Part shown: one piece after another, positions 12,945 to 24,300 of the stretch
Position numbering within the stretch: position 1 is the first letter of the stretch
Layout of the letters: every line of letters starts with the position of its first letter
Origin: Macrostomum hystrix
Lineage: Eukaryota; Animalia; Platyhelminthes
Length of the DNA: 64,000 bases
Direction: 5' to 3'
Assembly (NCBI GenBank): GCA_950097015.1
Contig: CATNEN010000003.1
Location: 2,418,001 to 2,482,000, forward strand
Position numbers and translations under genes: made by a program
The notes under the pieces: generated by a model
Told to the model about the DNA's origin: nothing
Seen by the model: only the letters and a program-made list of their open reading frames with translations
Database searches by the model: none

Positions 12945-15297
12945 ATGCAAAGGACAGAGTTGATGCAGCAGCTGGAACTTGTAAGTTTGGCGTTAATAAT
13001 TTGTGATTGTGAGTGTGCTCAATTCCATTGTGAGTGAGTGTGCTCAATTCCATTGTGAGTGAGTGTGCTCAATTCCATTGTGAGTGAGTGTGCTCAATTC
13101 CATTGTAAGTGCGTGTTGCTCATTTCCATTGTGAGTGAGTGTGCTCATTTCCATTGTGAGTGAGTGTGCTCAATTCCATTGTGAGTGAGTGTGCTCAATT
13201 CCATTGTAAGTGCGTGTTGCTCATTTCCATTGTGAGTGAGTGTGCTCATTTCCATTTTGAGTGAGTGTGCTCAATTCCATTGTGAGTGCGTGTGCTCATT
13301 TCCATTGTGAGTGAGTGTGCTCAATTCCATTGTGAGTGAGTGTGCTCAATTCCATTGTGAGTGAGTGTGCTCATTTCCATTGTGAGTGAGTGTGCTCATT
13401 TCCATTGTGAGTGAGTGTGCTCAATTCCATTGTGAGTGAGTGTGCTCAATTCCATTGTGAGTGAGTGTGCTCATTTCCATTGTGAGTGAGTGTGCTCAAT
13501 TCCATTGTGAGTGCGTGTGCTCATTTCCATTGTGAGTGAGTGTGCTCAATTCCATTGTGAGTGAGTGTGCTCATTTCCATTGTGAGTGAGTGTGCTCATT
13601 TCCATTGTGAGTGAGTGTGCTCAATTCCATTGTGAGTGAGTGTGCTCAATTCCATTGTGAGTGAGTGTGCTCATTTCCATTGTGAGTGAGTGTGCTCATT
13701 TCCATTGTGAGTGAGTGTGCTCATTTCCATTGTGAGTGAGTGTGCTCATTTCCATTGTGAGTGCGTGTGCTCATTTCCATTGTGAGTGAGTGTGCTCATT
13801 TCCATTGTGAGTGAGTGTGCTCAATTCCATTGTGAGTGCGTGTGCTCAATTCCATTGTGAGTGAGTGTGCTCAATTCCATTGTGAGTGCGTGTGCTCATT
13901 TCCATTGTGAGTGAGTGTGCTCAATTCCATTGTGAGTGAGTGTGCTCAATTCCATTGTGAGTGAGTGTGCTCAATTCCATTGTGAGTGCGTGTTGCTCAA
14001 TTCCATTGTGAGTGAGTGTGCTCAATTCCATTGTGAGTGAGTGTGCTCAATTCCATTGTGAGTGCGTGTGCTCAATTCCATTGTGAGTGAGTGTGCTCAA
14101 TTCCATTGTGAGTGCGTGTGCTCAATTCCATTGTGAGTGAGTGTGCTTATTTCCATTGTGAGTGAGTGTGCTCATTTCCATTGTGAGTGAGTGTGCTCAA
14201 TTCCATTGTGAGTGAGTGTGCTCAATTCCATTGTGAGTGAGTGTGCTCATTTCCATTGTGAGTGAGTGTGCTCATTTCCATTGTGAGTGAGTGTGCTCAA
14301 TTCCATTGTGAGTGAGTGTGCTCAATTCCATTGTGAGTGAGTGTGCTCAATTCCATTGTGAGTGCGTGTGCTCAATTCCATTGTGAGTGAGTGTACTCAA
14401 TTCCATTGTGAGTCAGAGTGCTCAATTTCATTGTGAGTGCATGTGCTCAATTCCATTGTGAGTGCGTGTGCTCATCTCATTCTTCCAATTATTTTGTAGT
14501 CCACAGACTCAGCCGTCCAGGAGCTCTTGACCAACGGTCAGCCAGTCAATGGCCTGTGGGACATGATAAGAATTCAACTGCAACTGCAGCGGACTAAACT
14601 GAATGCCACAGAAATCTGTACAGACAAGATCAACATCATTGTTGTGTACGAGTATGCACTAATACCCGCTGTGAGTTGGTTTGCGCTGCATTTTGTAATG
14701 AATAGACTGTGGTCATAAGGTGGTTGGTGTTTATAGGCGTCTAATAGTCCATTGTTAAGGGTGGTTTGGGTATTGATGGATCATTTAGTATCATAGAGCT
14801 AATGCTCGTAAGTTGTTCATCTCACCAAGATATCAGCGATTCCTAATCTTCGTAACGCTCTGGTTTCTATCAGCCGAACCAGGATGGCTTCTTTAGTGGC
14901 ACGAACTAATAGATAATCCCTTTTGGTTGCTAAGGTCTCCGTTCAGCCTAAAAATCTTCTTGTGGGATTTTGATGTGGGCGGTGAGACAGATTTATCGAT
15001 AATCTTGGAGATAATCTAGCGCAGTGCCTCTCAAATTGATACAGCAGCGTCATCGTCTGTCTAAGTTCATTCTCCCTAAATTGCCTTCTCAAAATCTAAA
15101 GCAAGACAGGAAATATAAGGCCAGAGTGAAGACCATACGTATACCACAATTTTTTTACTTGGAATCAATTTGAACTTAAAGGGAAGTATTGGCAAATTAG
15201 GGACAATTTGCCAATTCGGGATAATATACTAGCTTCTGAAAATTTGCCAACTTTAGGGGTCTATTTGTTTACGAAAGCAAAAAGGTAATAAGCCATC

Positions 15298-15390
<93 letters not shown>

Positions 15391-18300
15391 GCACATCATT
15401 TCGTGACACTAGATATGCAGCCAGCGAGGAGGCAATTCTGCCCATTTCGCTGATTCCTGAGCACACACGCACACAGATACCGTACGCAGGTACACGCTCA
15501 CACACGTGTGTACGTATGCCCTGACATTCTCATCGCTAGGCAGTGTACACTCTCACTGTGCCTTGGAGGATGGCCCTCGGGGGTGTAAATTGCACGACAA
15601 TCCGCCAAGCCGAACCGCGGCTGAACCCCAAACAAATGTGGCCTCGCCGCGGAATCGAGCTCAGGGACCTTTGTGAGAGAGTCAAACGCGTTAACCGCTC
15701 TGCCACTCAACCTCCAAGTACGAGCTAATAAGCTAATTTAGTTTCTTAAACTCTCCTCTCTTAGTTGGGTAGTTGAGGATAAAATTAGCTCCTTGTCTGC
15801 TCATGGACAAAAACGATACCTAAAATTAAACTTAGCGAAAGTTTGCAAAAGTAAAAAACCGGAAGTGCACGAACTCAAGACTTTCGTTGTGAAGGCGGTA
15901 GAGTTTCTTCTTACATGAAAATCAGCTTCAATAATGACGGAAACATGCCAGGTCGAAGAAAATGGTTGGCTTTAGACGGCAACCAGGAAGACAGAGGTAG
16001 TTGTTGTCAGAGTCAACATGCGTGGATCCAGCAGACTGCACACAATTCTTAGCCTATTTTTAGAGGCGAGAAAAACGAAGAAAAAATGACTTACGATGAG
16101 TCTACAGATACTTTCGCAAAATTTGACTTACCAAAAAGCTATTAAAAGTCTAAGCGGTGGACGGCTAAGATTCGAACTTCTGACCTTCCTCCCGGTCGGG
16201 ATTCTGAAGCTCTAATCACCGAGGTATTGGTATTCAATTAAAGCATTCTGCGAGGTAGAATGCAATCTCAGTACTTTCGAGAAAAAACTATAGAGTAGAA
16301 TATAATAGAATAGAATGGAATGGAATGGAATGGAATAGAATAGAATATTACAGGATAGAATAGAATGCAATAGAATAGAATAGAATAGAATAGAATGGAA
16401 TGAAATAGAATATAATAGGATAGAATAGAATGGAATAGAATAGAATAAAATAGAATGAAATGGAATAGAATAGAATATAAAAGAATAGCGTATAATAGAG
16501 TAGAGTAGAATAGAATAGAAAGAATAGAATGGAATGGAATAGAACGGAATGGAATAGAATAGAATAGAATAGAATAGAATAGAATAGAATATAATAGGAT
16601 AGAATAGAATGGAATAGAATAGAAAGAGCTATTCCCACTCCTAACTATTCGATCTCTCTAAACACACAACAGGTAATTATGCTAATTATGGCCTGCTTGT
16701 CAATGCGACGCAAACGTTTCCTGCCGGACTTTTTGAACGGTCGACCCGGACTAGCGCAGTGAGTGTTGAGTCTCAGCTCTGAGAATTTATTGAGTAAAAG
16801 AGCTTCAAATCAAAGGCGAAAATCTCCCCCCCCATTTGTGCATTGTAGCCCGATGAACATCCTGGAGGATCGCAGCTTCCGGTTTTCCTACGCGCTGGCA
16901 TTTGGCATTGCGGCCCAGCTGTGTCACGATCTGCTTTTCGGTGATAGCGAGCTCTACAAACGGTACATCACTAGCCGGCCGGAGGGACAGTTTAAATTCC
17001 TGCACGGTGAGGCTAAAAACAGATTTTCTCGCGGTTGATGGGTTACGGCCAATCAGAAACATTTTACGGGTATGAGAAATTGAGGTTATTAGACTATCCA
17101 ATCAGAGACCTTCAGCACTTTTTACACTACACTGTTATCACCCAAATTTAAATTTTACAGTGATCTATCGAATTAGCGAGATCTGCCTATACTGCATAAT
17201 TATGTACCCGATCTTCATCACGATAACAAAGCGAAACATCCCGTTCTTCATCATGGGCACTCTGTACGTTTGGGGCCTGACGCTGATGTCGATTTTAAGA
17301 CTCGCCTGGCTGGACTGCGCGGCTCTTACATTGGTTCGAATTTCTTCATTTATTTATATATATTTAATCAATTGTTCTTTTGATCCGCAGAAATTTAGTA
17401 CTTAACAAAATGGACAACAAGGGTAGGGTAGGATCTTAAAGTAATCAATAGGTTAATAAAACCGACTCTAGCCTCTAGCCAATCAAAAAGGCGCCAGGGT
17501 AAGAAAAAATTGTAGGTTTTTTTCTTTTTCACGCTAGCCAATCAGGAAGATGAGAGGGTAAGAAGATATAATGTTACTACAGACTCGCGCCTCAGAAAAT
17601 CTGAAAATCAGCCAATCAGAAAACTACGGGGATAAGATATCAGAATAGTATAATACTAATGAGACTGTCAAAAGTCCTTTATTTGGCATGCACAAAATAA
17701 AGATGTCAAAAACATACCCTACTAAGTTTATACTGAGTTCACATGAGTTTTTTCTTGAAAAGAAAGAAATAAAAACCCAATTAGGTAACTTCTCTGGGAA
17801 GATTAATTAGGAAATTTCACCTCTCAAAAAAATGAAATAATTACAAAGGAAGATTTGAGCCAAAGACTGCTACAAGAGCAAAGTCAGTTATATATGCGAA
17901 GTCGTCATTTCGTGAGGTTATTATAGGGGCGAATAAAAACTAGAGGTCGCACTGAGTTCAAGCTTCTAATTAATCTGAACTTCATTAGAACCTATGAGGG
18001 AACGCTAGATTAAACTCCATAACAAAATAGAAGAGCCAATTTTAGAGCATCGACGTCACTAACGATTTGTAGGAGTCGCATCTGATCATAATTATCAAAT
18101 TTCTGCCGAGCATCTGTTGCATGGCGGGCCTGTCAGTGATATTTCCATATCGATTGGTTCAACTCACGCTGGGCCTGAACGCATCAATGCGTGTCAATAG
18201 GCAGGAGTATGTCTACCAGGTGGAGTACGTGCGGGATCTCATTACTGGAAGCGATCAAGACAGGTGAGTGTGTGTTGAATATTCTGAGCCACTTTCATTG

Positions 18301-21300
18301 GGCTAGACAAGTTTCGCTTCACTCAATCGTGATTTCAGTTTATCAAACATTTATCAGTTTAACTAAACCTTCATAAGAAAATTATCAACAGTCGACCCGC
18401 AGCCAGCGAGTAGGCAATTCTGCCCATTTCGCTGACTTCTGAACACAAACAGACAGATGAATTCACACAGGTGTGTACATCTGCCGTGACTTTCTCATCG
18501 TCAGGCAGTGTACACTCTCTCTGCGCCTCGATGTTGCCCCAAGCCGCCAAAGCCTCAACGATTCAGCAAATATCATCAATCATTCCCGTAGTATCATCAA
18601 TCATTCACACAATATCATCAATCATTCACTCAGTGTCATCAATCATTCAGTCAGTGTCATCAATCATTCACTCAGTGTCATCAATCATTCAGTCAGTATC
18701 ATCAATCATTCACTCAGTGTCATCAATAATTCACTCAGTGTCATCAATCATTCACTCAGTGTCATCAATCATTCAGTCAGTATCATCAATCATTCACTCA
18801 GTATCATCAATCATTCACTCAGTGTCATCAATAATTCACTCAGTGTCATCAATCATTCACTCAGTGTCATCAATAATTCACTCAGTGTCATCAATCATTC
18901 ACTCAGTGTCATCAATAATTCACTCAGTATCATCAATCATTCACTCAGTGTCATCAATCATTCAGTCAGTATCATCAATCATTCACTCAGTGTCATCAAT
19001 CATTCAGTCAGTGTCATCAATCATTCACTCAGTGTCATCAATCATTCAGTCAGTGTCATCAATCATTCACACAATATCATCAATCATTCACTCAGTGTCA
19101 TCAATCATTCAGTCAGTGTCATCAATCATTCACTCAGTGTCATCAATCATTCAGTCAGTATCATCAATCATTCACTCAGTGTCATCAATAATTCACTCAG
19201 TATCATCAATCATTCACTCAGTGTCATCAATCATTCAGTCAGTATCATCAATCATTCACTCAGTATCATCAATCATTCACTCAGTGGTCATCAATCATTC
19301 ACTCAGTATCATCAATCATTCACTCAGTGTCATCAATCATTCAGTCAGTATCATCAATCATTCACTCAGTGTCATCAATCATTCACTCAGTGTCATCAAT
19401 CATTCACTCAGTATCATCAATCATTCACTCAGTGTCATCAATCATTCACTCAGTATCATCAATCATTCACTCAGTATCATCAATCATTCACTCAGTGTCA
19501 TCAATCATTCACGCAGTATTATCATAATACGCAGTATTATCTAATATTTTCGCAAAAATTATATTCTTAAATGCAAAAGCATTGACCCAACATGCAATGG
19601 CATCACTCATTCCCATAACAATTGGCTATTAATTACCCAATATTATCAATAACCCTTAGAAATTCAATTTAAAAGTCACCCGAACAAGACAATTATTCGC
19701 AAATTCAATATTTCATTAGGAGTGGAATATTGTGTAGAGCTCAATTTTAATCCTCAAAATTCCTGCCAACAACCCGAAAGCACCAAGGAAGCCGGCAGTT
19801 CATTCAAGGAGAAGCTGAAAGAGGCCATCAGGGCCATCGGGTATCGGCGAAAGAATGGATTTCGTTATTCGCCTAGGATAATTTGCACCAGCACCGCCGT
19901 TGGCATTGTGACCTACATGGTGAGTTATCTGGCGTAGATGTAAATTCTAGTGGTAATTGTTATTTTTAATAAGGGCTCGGTGGCAGAGTGGCCTAACGCG
20001 TTTGCCTCTCGCACCAAGGTCCCTGAGCTCGATTCCGCGGCGAGGCCACATTCGTTTTGGGCGCAGCCTCGGAGAGAAGGCTTGTGGGCTTGTCGTGCAA
20101 TTTACACCCTCGAGGGCCAACCTCCAGGGCACATTGAGAGTGTACACTGCCTAGCGATGAGAATGTCAGGGCATACGTACACACGTGTGTGTGAGCGTGT
20201 GCCTGCGTACAGTATCTGTGTGCGTGTGTGCTCAGGAGTCAGAGAAATAGGCAGAATTGCCTCCTCGCTGGCTGCGGGTCTGGAGTCACCAAATGATGTG
20301 CCATTGCCCGCAGCCCTCCTGCAATTATTACTATTCCTGGTGATATTGTGTCAGGTGATATTGTGTCAGGTGATATTGTGTCAGGTGATATTGTGTCAGG
20401 TGATATTGTGTCAGGTGATATTGTGTCAGGTGATATTGTGTCAGGTGATATTGTGTCAGGTGATATTGTGTCAGGTGATATTGTGTCAGGTGATATTGTG
20501 TCAGGTGATATTGTGTCAGGTGATATTGTGTCAGGTGATATTGTGTCAGGTGATATTGTGTCAGATGATATTGTGTCAGGTGATATTGTGTCAGGTGATA
20601 TTGTGTCAGGTGATATTGTGTCAGGTGATACTGTGTCAGGTGATATTGTGTCAGATGATATTGTGTCAGGTGATATTGTGTCAGGTGATATTGTGTCAGG
20701 TGATATTATGTCAGGTGATATTGTGTCAGGTGATATTGTGTCGGGTAATATTGTGTCAGGTAATATTGTGTCAGGTGATATTGTGTCAGGTGATATTGTG
20801 TCAGGAAAATGTGAGATTATATCAGTTGAAATAATTTTTCTGGGTAAAGTGTCTCACATAAAAATGTGCCAAGTTTCGTGATTTAGGTAGGTCCATTCTC
20901 AAGCTCACCCCTAAACTGAAATGAAAATTCATCAGAACAGTTTACTTTGAAGACTGCGGTTGCAGACACAAATTGATTTTGTCTGTCAAACAAAATTGGC
21001 TGTCTAGTTTGCTAATTAATTGCCAATCTCAGCGAATTTCGTGCCAAAAAAATTATTTTCAATTCTCTTTCTTTTTATCATCAAACGACGATAGCAAAGA
21101 GTGCCTTAAGCTTTCAATTTTCGTTTCGTGACTTTGGCCTTTTCAATCGCGTTTCTCCTTAGAAGCAGCAGCGTTGATTTCCTCAACCAGATCAGTTTTG
21201 TGTTGGGAATTAATTTCGCTTGTTTATTTTCAGCTTCAAATTGGTGGGGCCCTGTGTGCGACAGGCGGCACAACTGCAGGTTTAGCGATAAGTGATTAAC

Positions 21301-24300
21301 AGTAGGACTACCTAACTATTTTGCCAACCGCTATTTTTTGGCAGCGCCCGAATGCTAACAGCGATGGGTGGTGACTGATTGGTTGACCTACTAGGCGATG
21401 GTGTCCTGTGGTTGAGCTGCGCCTAATATTTAAGCTTGATCAGTGAAATTATGAGAAATTCGCGTCAGGGTGTCCATAGTGGCCTAGTTCCACCTGTTGT
21501 AGCCCTTGAAGGTCCAGCAGTACGTCTAGATAAAGGTAGGTGACCACCGAAGACGGAGGTGATGCAGGCACACTCGGGTGACATGCTGATAAATTTTGAA
21601 GGCATGGCAAGGCCGCACTGAGGCGCAGTGCAAACTCGTGCATAGAGTTGTATGAAGTACACTAGCGCTGATGGGAAAAATCCGACCTTCGGCCAGAACC
21701 ATTGAATATCTCGACGGTCTGAAAAGCTGGCGACTTGGTTCTTGTTTCAGAAATTGTGCGAGAAAAAGTTCCTCCGTGTTCTGGAGCTTCGGTCGTGTGC
21801 TTGCGATGCTCCGTTCGGGTGCAGCCTTGGTAGTTCTATTGTTAAGAGGGTCGGACTTACGACTTGAAGGTCGAGGTTTCGATTCCCGACTACACAGGAA
21901 AAATTTGTGTCCTTTAGCTAGGCACTTAACTCTGCAATGTTTCAGCTCACCCAGCTGTTAAATGGGTACTAGCATTAGCTGGGCAATTGAGGGCGGGTGT
22001 GGCGTCCCCCCAGTCCATGGACTGAACTGCAGCCGTACGCAGCCTTCAGATGCGCCTTTTGACACAATAGGGGCAGGTGTAATACATCTTTATTGATATT
22101 AAAAAGAATAGCACAAAAATTGTTACGATGGAGTAGCGAATCGAACTCCAGACCTTTGATCCAAATATGAGGAAACATGATTTTATTCATAGTGCTTCTT
22201 TATAAATGCATACGCAGGTTCTGTACAGCATCATCAAGGAGGTGTTCTATTGGGTAAAACTGCTGACAGACATTCTAGACTTATTGGAGCGAATAATACG
22301 TGCCATCGGCATTGGAGCCGACACAATGCTGCAGGAGTTGAACGAGGCGCGGGTGTACATCCGGGTCTTCACTGGTGAGTGGCGCTGTGAGTGTCGATTT
22401 GTTTGGTCACAACTCAACAATCGGCAGAGAAGCAGAATTTCTTCCAAATTTTGCGTATCAAAAAATCCATATTTTTGCAGTCTGCTTTTTCATAAGCATC
22501 AGCCTGGTGCTGCTACTCAGTCTATGCAACGGAATCCTCATGATTCTGAACTACAGGTAAGGTGGACTTGAAGTTCTGTCTAGTGTGTTTCTTGCCAATA
22601 TTAGCTGGCTTGCTTAACACCCCAAGCAATGATATTCCCATCTTAGATCGAACATTCTGCAAATCTATCGCGGAGTCTACACCGGATTTCCAACAAGGAA
22701 GGAGCAGACTACTCAACCAACTTATCTGATTGTGAGCTCATATAGATTCATGTTTCGAAACTAACTACTTTCAGTAGGCATGAAAAAGTTAATCGAATTT
22801 CTTGGTTTACAGCTAAGCAACATACGCTACGGCGGTTATCAGATAGCGTTCACAGGCATTGGTGAGTGAAATTTTGCGGAAAGCAAATGTTCTGTTTTGT
22901 AACTCATCTGCTCTCGCTTAAAGTTTTAACAACATAAAAAATAATCTACTAGTGTAGGGAATCGAACTTCCGACCTCTAACAATTTATTAAATCTCCTAA
23001 ACTACCACAGATACTAAATACCTTATTTAGTATTTAGTATTTAGTATCCGTGCAAACTACTCAACTAATAAAAATGAAAATCCAGAACACGAGCTGAAAT
23101 TTTCCGCTTGTGAGAGATACAATTCAGACTACTGAGAACAGTAGAAAAGCAAGGACTTGGCTGCAAAACTCTCACATAACACTAAAAAATATCGCCATAA
23201 AAATGGCAAGCTTAAAAGATACTTCTGTGCACACTGAGAGTGGTGGGAGAGGACTGCGTGTGGCTATGGCTGACTGACGAAGGCAAACAAGCCAGAAACC
23301 GGTCTCGGTCTGCCAGCGCGAGGTTCGTTCCCCACTTTTAGTGTGTTACACCGCTCTCTTTGATGAAACAACTTCCTGAATCACAAAAATATCAGCATCG
23401 TCGAATGTTAATATTCACTGTTGAAATAAAATAACTGTTTATCCAAAATAATTGATGCCACGCACAAAATCTACAGGAATAATTGTACAGCTGGTTCTGG
23501 CCATGTTAGTTCTGCTGTTCGTGTCCTTGGTTCTGTTTGATCCGGTTGGTTTGAAAATCAGAGCCTGGTTTCTAGAGTTTCTCGAGTACTATTGGTGAGT
23601 AGTGGACTGTGGTATGATAGAATTTATTTAGTTTGAACGATATGAAGTTTAAAAATGATAAAATTCGTTACACAGGCCTCTGTCAGTGATCAGTGCAACT
23701 GTACTACTCGTTCAATTCCTATTAGTGAAGTTTGTATTCAACTCGTCATGTTCAACCAATGGCAATGTGGCTGTGGACAACAGGTAAAATTAATCAGCTT
23801 AGCGTAAAGCATGATATTTAGCTTTTGCGTTCGATCCAAATCTTTCGCACTGTCTATGGCATTTCTCGACTGAAACAGAGCTCAATCTGAGGATTAAAGT
23901 TAAGAGTTACAAGAATGCTCAATCTTTTAGAGGGAACTTTAGACCAACTAACTAACCAATTGAGACGAAAATTGGGTAAGATAAAGCATCAGATCCTTTG
24001 GTTAATGGGATCAGTTCTTCTACCCATCACGTGACATACGTATGTACACTCGTGACATCACGTGACATGCGTATGTACACTCGTGACATCACGTGACATA
24101 CAGAAGACACATACTTATCGTTGGTTCTTAATAGAGTAGTCTATGGTTCTTAATCGAGTATTCTGTTTCTTAACTGAGTAGTCTATGGTTCGTAATATAG
24201 TTATTCTATGGTATCGCAGTTCCGGACAACGCATATAGTACTGGTAGATAGCATCTGCGTGGACTTCTGATATTATAAAATGTCAGAACGCAAAAACCAT

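Noticed and set aside
13006-14475. CRISPR-like appearance of the regular short repeats (here and in other arrays)
   Set aside because: Units are head-to-tail with no unique spacers, the context is eukaryotic, and no cas genes are present.
18471-20881. Long repetitive ORFs (SSIIHSV, VILCQ and DIVSG repeats)
   Set aside because: They are intronic minisatellites of STRA6L with unit lengths divisible by 3.
21420-21810. Coding-looking minus-strand segment (…TYLYLDVLLDLQ…), possibly a Penelope RT remnant
   Set aside because: The resemblance is too weak to call without an HMM search, and it is not needed as a STRA6L exon.
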